Shown: positions 1 through 12,865, counted from the first letter of the whole stretch. The stretch: DNA of 62,283 nt, filler included, from Basidiobolus ranarum (GCA_040143965.1; 29 parts of 29 records of this genome joined end to end with filler, not necessarily neighbours in it); one strand, 5' to 3'. Numbers and translations: made by a program. Notes: generated by a model from the sequence alone, not told the origin.

Positions 1-570
1 GGATCTGAGCACAAACCTGCAGTAAAGCAAATATTCAGGTATTTGAAAGGAACTGTAGATCTAGTTCTGGAATACTCTGCCACTCCTGATACACAAAATT
101 TTGAAGGCTACAGTGATGCCAACTGGGGAAGAGATCTTGATGATAGAAGATCAACAACTGGATACACTTTTCTCTACGGTAATGGAGCCATAACTTGGAT
201 TAGTAAGAAGCAACCAACTGTAGCACTTTTCACTACAGAAGCAGAGTATATGGCTGCCTCTGCTACTACACAAGAAGCTATGTGGTTAAGGAAGTTATTT
301 ACAGACTTAGGTTACATGCAAAAATGTGCTACTGCTGCATTTGAAGATAATCAAAGTTGCATTTCAGTAGCTAAAAATCCTACATTTCATGCTAGAACAA
401 AACATATAGATATTAGCATCATTTTGTTAGAGAAGCAATAGAGAATGATTTAACTGTACTTGTCTATTGCCCTACTGAAGAAATGATAGCTGATATCCTA
501 ACCAAACCTTTAGCTAAAGCACAATTTGAATTATTAAGATATAAGTCAGGTTTAAGAGAAATACAAAATA
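1..570 (+). mobile_element. Ty1/copia retrotransposon RT end and RNase H, degenerate
   Basis: GYSDANWGRDLDDRRSTTGY, WISKKQPTVA, EAEY, FHARTKHID; after a frameshift continues ...MIADILTKPL; followed by polypurine tract AGTTGAGTGGGAA and an LTR. Confidence 0.93.
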
Positions 571-586
571 ATTAGTTGAGTGGGAA

Positions 587-916
587 TGTTGAAATTAGGT
601 AAATAGCAGCTCATTATTTAGTAGTTAGTTTATTCATATTCTGATTATCTAGTACTCAATTCTGTCATTCAAAAACATGTGTTTATTGCTCTAATTGATA
701 GAAATATCAATTAGATCACTTTTACCAATTTTCACTATTTTCCCAAAACTTCTCCAAATCACCTCAAATTTTTACCCATGCTTAACAAGCATATTTGTTA
801 TGATCTAAGCACATCCAATAGTCCTATTTCATAGTAAACTATCAAAAGGACACATTCAATTCAACAAAACTTAAGTGTCTAATTCACAAATCCAAATCTT
901 GTCCAAAACACTTCCT
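587..916 (+). repeat. Copia 3' LTR, family A
   Basis: Begins TGTTGAAATTAG right after the PPT; related copies near 1938-2063, 6488-6592, 8158-8480 (minus) and 55147-55498. Confidence 0.85.
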
Positions 917-2063
917 TTATTGTGACTGTTATGAGTTGAATAATGCTTCCCATTAACAAATAGTCCTCAACAAAAGCATTGTCTTCTTCTTTATCTACTG
1001 CTATACTACCATCAGTACTGGAATAACTGAAGTAAACATCTAGTAGCATGTCCTCAAAGTTTCTGGACTTACTGGTTTGACCTATGTGATACTTCTACCT
1101 ATGTCATTCTGGTCATATAACTGGGATAACTCCATGGTATCTTGAATTTTGGCAGTGTTCCCAAAACCTTAAGGCAAGGTACAGACAGTGGATGCAGTGA
1201 GCAAGACTAAAGTCATTTTGTGCACAGATTACTGTTGATATTCACCAGGCCTTGTGAAGCTGGTGGCTTTGTAAAGTGACTGTACGTGTGATTATTTGTT
1301 CTTCAAAGCCACCAGCATTCATGGCATGAGAATTGGCACCAATAATAGCTGGGCTGCTTTAAACATTTGTGATACAGCATAAAGGGTTATTGTGGAAACA
1401 GAACACCTCCAACATAAAGGTAGTTTTGTAGTTACAGCCTATCTATATCATCAGCTGATTCTGAGACAGTGTTACTGATGGGTCTTCAGGAGATGAACAA
1501 GATATTTCTGATACTGGTTGGCAATTTTGGTGTATTATAAGCTGCTTCTAAGAAATTCTATTACAAGTATACCACAGAAAATTTGAAAGCCAATCATGAA
1601 GCATTCAAAATCTGAATCAAAATTGGCTTCCAAACAAGGGCCCACTGGCACAAGAGGAAAAAAACCAGCCAGAACAGAGGACTTATTGGTTGAGCAGTCT
1701 AGCAATGCACCATCCACTTTAGAAGGCATTTACATGCTAGAAACTAACTGAAATAATGATGAAGCATAAATCTATTTACAGATGTGTTCCTTTGTAGCAA
1801 TAGGGCTGGTGAAGCAATTGAATTCCCCAATTAAGTAGTAAATCAATAGTAGGGCAAAGTTCCACAGAAACACCATCTGGACCACAACTTTCTCAATGGC
1901 TACTTTGCCACCTACTGAACAACCCTCTCTAGAAAATTGTTCAAATTAGGTAAATAGCAACTCATTATTTAGTAGTTAGTTTATTCAAATTTCTGATTAG
2001 TTAGTACACAATTCTGTCATTCAAAAACGTGTGTTTATTGCTCTAATTGATAGAAATATCAAT

Positions 2064-2163
2064 NNNNNNNNNNNNNNNNNNNNNNNNNNNNNNNNNNNNN
2101 NNNNNNNTTAATTAATTAANNNNNNNNNNNNNNNNNNNNNNNNNNNNNNNNNNNNNNNNNNNN
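2064..2163. other. Artificial contig linker (first of 28)
   Basis: N44-TTAATTAATTAA-N44 (stops in all six frames) recurs about every 2.15 kb; the last one is at 60142-60241. Confidence 0.99.
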
Positions 2164-2357
2164 TAGTTCTCTGAGATTTTAGCCAATCATTTGCAACTAT
2201 TTTGCAAGATCTTGAAATTTCACTCCTGAAACTGAAAAAATTGATTAAAATCAAATCTAACTTGATGATTTTATGATGGTAAGTAAACGGTCAATCCCAA
2301 ATGGATTAAAATTGTGATGGTTTTCCTACAATAACAATCCTCAAATTTCTGTTAGGG
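2164..2357 (-). repeat. Dispersed repeat with CCCTAACAGAAATTTGAGG terminus (probable DNA transposon end)
   Basis: Same sequence at about 4490-4986, 15124-15263, 20966-21420, 43086-43584 and 44863-45131, all stopping at the same end. Confidence 0.8.
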
Positions 2358-3636
2358 AATACTCTGAGTCAACCTGATTAGTGACTTACTATCTTCTCCT
2401 ATCTTCATACTTGAGTTAAGAATATCCCTTTGTAGAAGCATTTTTAATGTAGTAGAACTTGTATGGTAGGTGACTTCCAAGGTTCTATATTCCTTTTTGG
2501 CAGTTTTGGCTCTTGAATAGTGCATTTTCAAATTGACTTGAACATTATTACAAACTGTTTTTAAGGTACTTTCTACTGTGTTAGCCTGGAGCACAACTTT
2601 GGTTTCAGACTGTTTTGCATTGTTATCCTCTCCTAAAAAAGTATCCCAAGGTGCTTTTTTTGCAGCACAACTTTTATTTTAATTTACCAAACTTAATAGT
2701 TGGCTCTATCCATATTTCAGAAGGAAAATCTGCAGAAGTTGTGAAAATGGATATTACACAGAATGCAAACTTGGGGCTTATAGCCTGTTATGATTCCTTT
2801 AGAAAATCTTTCCACTCTATATTTTGCTCATTTTCCACAGTGAAAATACTGCTGTTGAGTTTAAAACTTACTCATATTATCTGCAAAAACTGGTCAATTG
2901 TTTGGTAAAGTTTGCGATATTGATATGAATCTATAATGGCACTTGATTCATGAGGATTGCAAGAGCCTCCAATCCTTGTTTCACTTTTTACAGAAATAAA
3001 AGGCTGAATAGTAGTCATTGTGGGCTTGCTCATGCTATTGGAATGACTCATTTTTATTCAATAACTTCAAAGATCAATTCCAACTACATGGTTAGATTGC
3101 AGTTCATGGAGGCCATTTATATTGCAACCAGATCTCCAATATGGGACTCTACACAATGACAGTTGTTTGTGAATGCAGGCTTATTTATTTGATGCTCTTC
3201 CAGGCAACATCAATCACTTTTCTTTACCAAGGTGACTTGAAATAATTTGAAGTTTGGATTTATAGAGTCATGTAGGGCTTTATTTGATATGTTCAAGTAT
3301 TTTGGGAGCCTGTAGGAGGTGATTTAGCCAAATAAAGATATTGGTGGTTTTCACATATTGCTTTATTGAGTAGAAAGTGGACATTTACACTTTTTTTCAG
3401 AATATCACTAAACTAACATGTTAAATGTGTTGAGAAAGGTCTCAGGAGCATGTGTGCAAAGTGAGGTACTTTTAGCATAAGTTAGAACAAATTATGTATC
3501 TGAGCACTTCAATATAGGGGTCAAAATTCTAAGCAAACTCCAATTGAGAACGGTTATTATTTTTTAGTAAGACATAGGATAACTAAATACTAAGCTATAT
3601 ATGACTACACAAGTGCTTAGAAATTGCTAGTTTCTG

Positions 3637-4226
3637 TTAAAGTATATAGGAGCCTGTTGGTAGTGTTTTGGAGAATTAGAGTAACAGGTGATTTTCACTT
3701 ATTGATTTATTGAGTTGAAGATTGACATTTATACATTTGTTGAGATGTAAACAAACCAACATCTAGAATGTGTCAAGAAAGGTCCCAGGAGCATGTGTGT
3801 GAAGTTTGGGGCTTCTTTGAAAAATCTATATATCTGAGAACTTATAAGTTGGTAAAAATATTCTAAGTAAATTCCGATTGAGAATAATTGATAACATCTT
3901 AGTGAATTATAACATAACTAAGTACTAAGCTATATATGACTATATAGGTGTTTAGGCAATGCTAATTTCAACACTCTCCCTCAACTAAATAGTCATACAA
4001 GCTACTCCTAATAAAGGTCTAAATTTCTCAAATTTCTGTCTTGCTAATGGTCTGGTTAATATATCAGCAATCATGTCTTCTGTAGAACAATAAGTTAAGT
4101 CAATAAACTTATTGTCTATAGTCTCTCTAATGAAGTGATGCTTAATATATATGTGTTTGCTTCTATTATGAAATGTGGGATTTTTAGCTAGTTTGATACA
4201 ACTTTGATTATCTTGAAATATTGTAG
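3637..4226 (-). mobile_element. Copia RNase H end, PPT and 3' LTR (family C)
   Basis: Minus strand reads NPTFHNRSKHIYIKHHF...MIADILTRPL, then PPT and TGTTGAAATTAGC from 3972; a diverged second LTR copy lies at about 3290-3630. Confidence 0.85.
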
Positions 4227-4989
4227 NNNNNNNNNNNNNNNNNNNNNNNNNNNNNNNNNNNNNNNNNNNNTTAATTAATTAANNNNNNNNNNNNNNNNNN
4301 NNNNNNNNNNNNNNNNNNNNNNNNNNTGGCTCTCCAACTTCAACTGATACTTTTCAAAGTGTTGAAATTAGTCCCAAAGATAGATGCAAGCAAAAAGCCA
4401 CACAAACACCGCAAATCACCCTCAGTAGTGTCACACTATAAGGACGTACAAAAATAGTCAAAGTGCTTGAGGAGTATTTTCACTTGACTTTCAGTCTGGT
4501 GTTGACCATGCAGATATCTGGGAAGAACTTAATACAGAGTGGTGGAATATTGCTGGGTATATGCCAGATTGCTGAAAGAATGTTGATTCAGCAATGTTGA
4601 TACAATGGTGTGCTTTGATGGCAATAATGATGTAAACTCATGTAGGATATGAGTAAAACCTTGGGTTTGAAGCACTCTATAAAGAAATTTAGGAGAATAT
4701 AAAAAGAAACAAAGAAATTTGAAGGGGACAAATTAGGATTCAAGTGGTAAATGTGTAGAACTTGAGTTAATTTTTTTACACATGTGTTGATTTATATTTC
4801 TCTGAGATTGTAGCCAATCAAGTGCAACTATTTTGCAAGATCTTGAAATATTACTCCTGATATCAAAAAATTAATTAAAATTAATTCCAACTTGATTATT
4901 TTAAGGCAGTAAGTAAATGGTCAATCCAAACTGGATAAAAATTGTGATGGTTTTCCTACAATAAAAGTCCTCAAGTTTCTGTTAGGACA

Positions 4990-5497
4990 TAGCTCAAAAT
5001 TTTGAAAGAGTGTGTACCAAAAATCTGGAGAAAGGATTTATCCAACATTGAAAATTTCTAGCAAGCTCTCAAATCTTGCTTGTTAAAAAGAAGGAAGGAT
5101 CCCTCCATCTCTGTTTTGATTATTGAGGCCTAAATAGCATTGAATGCAAACATTGGTACCCCTTGGCATTAATTAACTCACTCTTGGATCAGCTTGCTGC
5201 AGCCAAGGCATTTACAAAGATAGATTTAAGATGGCTTATAATCTTGTGAAACTCAAACCAGGAGTCAAATGGGGAACTGCCTTCCATACATGCTATGGAT
5301 GCCATTTGGACTTACCAATGCTCCTGCAATCTTCCAACACAGGATATATGAAATCTTCCAAGAGTATCTCAACCCATTTGTTGTAATCTACCTGGATGAT
5401 ATCATGATCTTCTCAAACTCACAAGAGGAAGATAAAGTTCATGTTTCCCAAGTCCTGGAAAAGCTGAAAACCTCTGGTGTCTATGCTAGACTTGAGA
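4990..5497 (+). mobile_element. Ty3/gypsy reverse transcriptase fragment
   Basis: MPFGLTNAPAIFQ and VVIYLDDIMIFS; close relative of the 32349-34398 element; cut by an LTR. Confidence 0.9.
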
Positions 5498-6387
5498 AAT
5501 ATATTTTCTATATATGTGAATAATGTGAGAATTAGCAATTCCATATTGGAAATTTCAAACTCATCCAAATTGCTGTAAAGATAGCCTATTTAACTCCCAC
5601 AGATGTTCTGAACACAACCTAGTTTTAGTTTTCTGTATCTCCATCCAATGTATAAATGCTTTATTTCTGGAAAATAGATAATTATCTCACAAAGCAACTC
5701 ACAACTTCACTTTTCTAAAGTTCCTGCAATCAGCCCATATTTTTGTAATAGGTTATGAGCCCCATGTTCTACCCATTACAGCATGACAGAAATCACTGCT
5801 ATCACTTTTATTAACTCAAGTGTTGAAAAACTTGATGGAGAAAATTACAATTTCTTTAAGATCAAGATGCAAATCATGCTGGAAGACAGGGAGCTTTGGG
5901 TTGTAGTCTCTGGAGATGAAAAGGAACCTTCTGACCCTTCTTTATTGCAAGCTTACAATGAAAGAGTCAAAAAGGCCTTTAATGTCATTTGTCAAAGTTT
6001 GAAAGATTCACAACTTGTGAATATTCAATATTGAAAGACTTCCCATCAAACTTGGACTATATTGGAAGAGTTTTATGAAGTAAAGAGTCTTGCTAATAGA
6101 CTCTTTCTTAGACAAAAATTCTTCAATATAAAGATGAAAAGTCTGAAAGCATGCTTGCTTATATTGCATATATGGGATCTTTGTCAAAACAACTGGAAAA
6201 TATTGGTGCAACTTTACAGGAAGAGGTTGTTATTATCACTCTTCTAAGTAGTCTACCAGAACAGTTTTCAAACTTAGTCACAGCTTTGGAAGCAAGATCT
6301 GACAAGTTGTCTTTGGAGTTTGTGGTGGCAAGGCTAATGGATCAACATCTCAGAAGTAAGAATTTGGAAAAAGAATCTGAGGAAGTG
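5498..6387 (+). mobile_element. Copia 5' LTR end (family D), PBS and gag, degenerate
   Basis: LTR end, then GGTTATGAGCCC at 5751-5762, then VEKLDGENY...LEDRELW...LLSSLPEQFSNLVTALE (copia gag/UBN2), frameshifted. Confidence 0.88.
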
Positions 6388-6939
6388 NNNNNNNNNNNNN
6401 NNNNNNNNNNNNNNNNNNNNNNNNNNNNNNNTTAATTAATTAANNNNNNNNNNNNNNNNNNNNNNNNNNNNNNNNNNNNNNNNNNNNAGTAAACTATAAA
6501 TAGGACATATTCAATTCAATAAAACTTAAGTGTCTAATTCACAAATCCAAATCTTGTCCAAAACACTTCCAAATCCCCTAAACACTTTTATCATTGTTTA
6601 CTCATTGCACATAGTTAAGGCTTCAAATTTTGATGTAAAAATGAATACTTACGTAATTCTTGTTTTGACATCAATAAGGTTTACAAAGCACCTTTGACAC
6701 CTAGTTGGAAGGGTTTTGTGGGCCCACATAGTTCAGAAAGAATCAGGGCAAATTCTGCATGGATTCAGTGTCCCTGGAGCTTAAAAATGGCTGTTTGCGA
6801 TGTTTACCATATATGCAACCTTCACACAGATCCAATTTGTGGATATTTTCAATTCCTAAACCTGAAGCAAGCTAATTTTGTATCATTGGGGTCAATTTTT
6901 GCTCCTAAATGTGGACTGGTCTTCTATGCCATGTTTGAC

Positions 6940-8480
6940 AGCTTATTTTAATGCTTTTAGCCAAGTTTGTATACTCAGAATGCACTTTGTTGATTTCTAG
7001 CTCATGTAGGTTAACAGATTTGATCCCAGTAGCTAATTTGGTTTTATTCTGATTTGTGATAGTGCATCCAGCCCTGCTGAACCCTAAGTTTAGTCCTTGA
7101 GCTTTTGCTTAGCTCACTGAGAGTAGATTCATGCCTATTTTTGGTACATTGAGTATTTTATCCCATTTTACAGAAGGTGTAGTTCAATTTGAGTTAAACA
7201 TGTGCTCAACTGTGCCCTTACCAACTGCATTTAGTGCATGGTGATATTGTAAGTAAACTTCCCTTTTTTGAATGATTTTACCCTGGAAAACCAATCTTTC
7301 TTGTTGGACATATGCTGGGAAGCTCCTGAATTATTATTCCACAGTTCTGAGTCTGTCTTAGTGGTTACTAATAGGGCAGACACAAATAAAGCATCCCTGT
7401 CAGTGCTTACTTGATTAGCTTGTTCCAATTCTAGCTTTTTAGCAAAATCCATGATGAGCAATCTTTGATTAAATGGCTAGGTTTCTTGCATGACTTGCAG
7501 ATAATTGATTCTGTACTAGGGGGTTCTTTATTATAGCCTGTTAGATGTTTTACAACTCTAAAGAATGCCTGATTAGCATTATTTTGCTGAGAATTAGATC
7601 TGCTTAATTCCTCAGTTAAAAGCCTGGAACCAAAATATTCCATTGCAAATGGCTCTGATCTTGATTTTAGGAGAATCAGGAGGTTCACAAACCTGTCTGG
7701 CAGGCACCAAAGTAGTGTCATGACTGAGCCATCTTCATTGAGAGGTGCTCCAATGAATGAGAGCTGATCTGCCATAACTTTCATTCAATTAACCTAATTA
7801 GCCATATAATCATCAGATTTCTTCAAAATTGAGATTAATTTTTGTCTAAGCTATAGCCTATTAGCCAGACTTTTGGTGTCATATAGTCTCACAAGAGTAT
7901 CACAAGCAGTTTAGACATTTTTGTATATGTGTGTGTGTTTGATTTGAGAGTCTCTGAGATATAGACAAAGTATAGCAATTGCTTTCCTTGGCTTCTTGCC
8001 TAAGAAAACCCTAAATGTTGTTGTCTTCTAGCACCATTTGCATCTTGAACTTTTAAAGGTGAAGGTCTTCACCATGAAGCTTCTCTGTGGATGCTGAACC
8101 ATTTTCAATAGTACTAGCAGGCATTTCTTTATCAGCTAGCTTGGTGCTCTTAAGCTAATAAAAGTGCTCAGGGGATGTTTAAGTATGTTGGACAAGATCT
8201 GGATGTGTGAATAAGACATCTGTGTGTTTTTGAATTGATATGTACTATTTATAGTTTACTATGAAATAGGACTATTGGATGTGCTTAGGTCATAACAAAC
8301 ATGCCTGTAAAGTGTAGGTGAGAGTTTGAGATGATTTGGAGAAGTTTTGCAAAAATAGTGAAAACTATTTAAAGCAATCTAATTGATTTGTGTATCAAGT
8401 AGAGCAATAGAAAAGTTTTTGAATGGCAGAATTGAGTGATAAATATTGAGAATGTGAGTAAACTAACTACTAAGTAATAA
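6940..8480 (-). mobile_element. Copia 5' LTR (family A), gag and protease, degenerate
   Basis: gag with knuckle CKSCKKPSHLIKDC and protease-like WNNNSGASQHM; LTR at about 8158-8480. Confidence 0.85.
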
Positions 8481-8648
8481 GTATGATCAAGATTTACCAA
8501 AACAATTCTGGGCTGACTTGGTTGCAACTGCAGTATATATCAGGAATANNNNNNNNNNNNNNNNNNNNNNNNNNNNNNNNNNNNNNNNNNNNTTAATTAA
8601 TTAANNNNNNNNNNNNNNNNNNNNNNNNNNNNNNNNNNNNNNNNNNNN

Positions 8649-9605
8649 TGATAAACTTGATCAGAAAAGACTAGGGCCTTTTAAGATTATTAAGCAAATC
8701 AATTCAGTAACCTTCTGCCTTGAACTCCCAGCCCATTTCAAAGTCCACATTGTATTCCATGTATCTCTCTAAGAGCCACATGCCAGAAACACCTTCCAGG
8801 GCTGATCCATTGACCTATGCCCAGCAATCCAAGTGGAAGAACACCCTGAATATGAAGTTAGCAAAATCCTAGATTCCAGAGTATATCAACATAAGTGGCA
8901 ATCTTTAGTGGACTGGAAGGGATATTCAACAAATGATCAATCATGACAGGCAGCAACAAATCTTTCCAATTCCAAGGAACTTTGCTAGGTGTTTCATGAA
9001 GCTTACCCAGAAAAATCTGGCCTATGATGTTTAGAAGCCACAACTAAAGAAGGGGATACTGTCATGATTCTGATCTCAGCTTATTGATCCTCTACACATA
9101 GAACCGCTCTATTATTAGATTATGACATCATATCTGCTATGCCATCTCTTCTCAGCAATCTTGTGTTAGATTGTCCAGATTACCTTATATGAAAGTCTTG
9201 TTCTTTGGAACATTTAATGAAACATAACTAATCATGTCATGCCACACATAGTGTGTTTCTGCTAAGACCTTCCATGCAAGGTCACCTGATCATCCTTACA
9301 TCATCCTTACATTATCCCTCTTTGTATTGGTCCTTGTAGCCCCCAACACCCTGACTCTTGAACTTGCCACAATATATTCCCAATTAAATATATTATGTTA
9401 CACCTTGCAATATCTATATATGCCCCATGTATTCCTTGATTGGACCTCAGTCTGATCAACACCAGTTATCAATAAAGATCCTTGCCTATGTATCTTCCCT
9501 GTCCAGTCTTGTCTTGTCTTGTCTTGTAGTCTACACCCAAGTACTCTCCTGCCTTCTAGCCTCTTGTTGTTGTTTCCAGTCTGTGTCCAGTTCCTTATTG
9601 TGACA
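8649..9605 (+). mobile_element. Gypsy chromovirus 3' end: integrase C-terminus, chromodomain, PPT, LTR
   Basis: [13 protein letters not shown]...[36 protein letters not shown]; probable LTR 9060-9605 bounded by TGTCA...TGACA; its 3' part recurs at 34499-34697 and 53812-53955. Confidence 0.8.
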
Positions 9606-10290
9606 GGTAGTAAATCAGAAGTTGAAGAAGAAGAAAATAGTCTTTTTACAGACTCATGGTTACTGGCAAGCATTAGTCCACTCACAACACTCACAGTAAA
9701 GGAAGCAGATTTGATTATTGAGAAATGGAGAGTTCAATCCAATCTTAGCAAACAGGTGTTTGTTGGTTTTTGTAAACTTTTACCACAACTGTTGCTTGCT
9801 ACAGACCTGGTACAAGTGGAAAACACTTGTCAATCACATGATTTATAATCTTTCAGTAATTAAACTACCTTCATGTCCAAATGTTTGTTTGGCTTTCACC
9901 AGTGATCTGAAAAACCTGAAGTCATGAATTGTTTGCACACAACCAGCAATCACTGAGTCAGGTATGTATTGTTAGTATTTGGCTTACATCCATTGATTCC
10001 CCATCTTAAAGTTTTGATGAAATCACCCAAATATAGATCATTGATCCAATACCCTAGTACTCACCATAAAGCTGATGCCATTACTAATATAGTTGATGTG
10101 TATCACTACCAGAATCTGAAAAGTCAAGGTTTCTTTTAGAACCCATATGATCATGCATTTGCATTTGCTCTGGATGGTTTTCCACTGAACAAGTATACTA
10201 TTGGAAAGGCTGGCTGGTCACTAATTTTAATTTGTTTAAATCGTCCTCCTTCTGAACAGTTTAAGAGTCATGTTATTTTGATACTAAGTA
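9606..10290 (+). mobile_element. CACTA/EnSpm-type transposase N-terminal remnant
   Basis: CPNVCLAF, DHAFAFALDGFPLNKYTIGKAGW; matches the copies at 19435-20965, 43585-44862 and 53956-55552. Confidence 0.8.
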
Positions 10291-10810
10291 CCTCTATAAT
10301 TTGGCCTAATTTGTTTGTGTGATTTTCTGATGGTATTTCTAGGAAAATTGCAAGACAGACTTATTGGTGAGATAGATCAAGATCTATGGTACTTTCATCT
10401 TAGCCATGGGATGATCTATTTGAATAATGACACATCTACTTGTGGCAGGACATTTGTTAACTACAAGTTGGGGATATTTTGGCTGAATTCTTAATGCAAA
10501 TTTGCCAAAATCCAAGAGCTTGTTCTCTTTGTGAGCAGTAACAAGAGTCAGTGCTATTCAAAATTTCAGATGATTAGCAATTTTTTCATGCTTAATTTGC
10601 TGATAAGCATATTGATGTTGTTACTTTATGTCTCATCAGTCAAGTATGTGCATATGTAGAGACTAAACATAAGGAGATTCTTGTATTTTTTGATTCTCAT
10701 TATGGCTGNNNNNNNNNNNNNNNNNNNNNNNNNNNNNNNNNNNNNNNNNNNNTTAATTAATTAANNNNNNNNNNNNNNNNNNNNNNNNNNNNNNNNNNNN
10801 NNNNNNNNCC

Positions 10811-11554
10811 CGGCGGCTGACCCGGCCGATACCAGCAGACGACGAATCGGGCAACCATCTGGCGGGAATTATCAGAAACGGAGAATATGGCTCTGGGGCC
10901 GGCGATGGCATCTATTTGAATGGCAATACCAGTTACATCTTCCTGACCGTACCTTCTCAAACCTCGGCCAGACAACTGACAGTAAGCTGGTGGATGAAGA
11001 CGTCCAGCAAGTTGGAGGGCAGAATGGCGATGGTGGCGCATACAGACAGCGGCAGAGTATGCGTAACCACACATCTACTCCAAAAGAAAGAATTGTCATT
11101 GAAGGTCAACACATTAATTAGAGGTGATGACTGGGCCTGGAAGAGTGAAGAAAGGCTGCAGGTTAGACCCTCACCCTACGTTATAGACGAAGACTATCAT
11201 CACTATGCTCTTGTCATTGATCAAAGAGAGACAGCACAGAAAAGGGGCGAGCCACCCATCACTCTTTACATGGATGGACGCATTGCTTCCAGTAACTCTG
11301 ATTGGGATTTCCCCAATAAGTTGGGATCAACTCTGCGCGGTGTCTGGTTTGGATCTGTTGAACCACTCAATAGCCACTACCAAAACCCTTGGGACAATAG
11401 CGTCAATCTTGAAGGCCATTATCGTGACATTCGCATATGGGACAAAGGTCTGAGCGCTCGAGATATATTTGAGATGTTTAAAAAATCAAGAACATCAGCA
11501 ATGCGCACAGAGAAGGTTGAGAGCAAAAAGAAAGAGGCTACAAAGATCAAATAA
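10811..11554 (+). CDS. Concanavalin A-like lectin/LamG domain protein, 5' partial
   Basis: Frame is open from the contig edge: DESGNHLAG...GIYLNGNTSYI...TVSWWMK...YHHYALV...LYMDG...GHYRDIRIWDKGLS, typical LamG_3 motifs; CpG-retaining and intact. Confidence 0.8.
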   Translation, partial: RRLTRPIPADDESGNHLAGIIRNGEYGSGAGDGIYLNGNTSYIFLTVPSQTSARQLTVSWWMKTSSKLEGRMAMVAHTDSGRVCVTTHLLQKKELSLKVNTLIRGDDWAWKSEERLQVRPSPYVIDEDYHHYALVIDQRETAQKRGEPPITLYMDGRIASSNSDWDFPNKLGSTLRGVWFGSVEPLNSHYQNPWDNSVNLEGHYRDIRIWDKGLSARDIFEMFKKSRTSAMRTEKVESKKKEATKIK

Positions 11555-12604
11555 TTCAATAATGACCAAAACGAGGAAACAAAGCATGGCGCTACGAATT
11601 TAGACAGAGAAAGACAAGAAGACAATGAAGATGGATTAAACTCTTGACTTATTTTGCTAATTCTTCCCTCTTTCTTTCTCATTTCTACCATATTAGATTT
11701 TGAGCAAAGTTTCCTCACATAGATAAAACACCAAGTATTCCAACAGTTTTCCAATAACTGCTTGTCTTTTCTCTATTTCTAATCCTGAAATTTTTGATAT
11801 TCAACATCGCACTCAACATCACTTGTAGGTATATAGGTTTAGATATATCTTGCACTAGCAAGTAGTCTGGTCAGTCAAAACGAAAGCTAACAGATATTAT
11901 TTCGCCGCAATTCAAAATTCAAGTAAAAACCAATAAAAAAGAACTATGGTTGAAATTCACCATCGCGGAGATCCTAATTCGTAAGTAAAAGACTTCGGAT
12001 AACTCTGGCAGTTACTTAGGGTTAGCTAACTATAGCTAGGGCAAAAGGAATGACATAAATATCTATAATATTTAAATATACCCAAAACCTAGCAAAAAGC
12101 GAAAATGTAGTTTAGAGTAAAGTTCTATTTGCAAGCAGTAGCCATCAAAAAAATCCGGGTAATAGTTTCAAAGTTAGAGTAATAGGATATGGGCTGAAAG
12201 AAAAGGAATGCATGCATAGTCAGATGATATCCGATTGAACTTCTAAAGTTGGTACAAAGCTTGAAATGTATTCAATCGAACTTCTAAACCAGGCACATAA
12301 CACTACCTTAGTGAGTAATCTTTTCTTGTCACATGTGATAATCACTAGATTTGATTTGTATGGTGCTAAAAAACCAATCAGATGTGAAATAACTAGGAAT
12401 TCCATATCAGCGCTAATATGCCACAACTACGCCTTAAAATAGTTTTTATATCTAATCCTGCCCCTGTACTACGGTTACAAGACAGATTCAATCCTGTTCT
12501 GGCAAATAACTGAAATAGTATAACAAATTGAGATGAAGTTTACAGTAAGCTGCAATGTTTGGAGAAGGCTGGTTAATTAAGAATAGCACAAAAGTGTGTT
12601 TAAT

Positions 12605-12865
12605 TTATACAAAATGTGCGAAATCCAAGGCCATGCATTCTATGCTAGGCTTGGGTCTAAAACAATGGGTACAGAACTTTGACACATCTTTTTTGACGAC
12701 ATCTTTCCACGTGTAGTAAATGCTTCTATCCACGGATTTCATATGTGCTATCAATTCATCAATGGTAGAGAAGTCTCGCATATTGATAAAGCTGTTGTTT
12801 GGTACATAGGAGTCTATATCAGAGGCACCGTAATAAACCGGAATGGCACCGCTGCTGAGAGCATC
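12605..12865 (-). CDS. Alpha-1,3/4-fucosyltransferase (GT10) C-terminus, 5' partial
   Basis: Hand translation, missing from the ORF track: DALSSGAIPVYYGASDIDSYVPNNSFINMRDFSTIDELIAHMKSVD...FV*, matching the GT10 GDP-fucose-binding region. Confidence 0.85.
   Translation of the reverse strand, partial: DALSSGAIPVYYGASDIDSYVPNNSFINMRDFSTIDELIAHMKSVDRSIYYTWKDVVKKDVSKFCTHCFRPKPSIECMALDFAHFV

Noticed and set aside
3070-3091. VVGIDL as a TnpB/Fanzor RuvC-I motif
   Set aside because: No following Gly/Pro and no RuvC-II, zinc finger or RuvC-III motifs were seen downstream.
10590-10708. Segment shared with 55956-56072
   Set aside because: A real repeat, but no ends or coding motifs are visible, so it cannot be classified.
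10757-11754. Antisense or overlapping short ORFs here and in the LTR and transposon contigs
   Set aside because: Shadows of real genes or chance frames, often from TTG/GTG starts that are not expected in a eukaryote.
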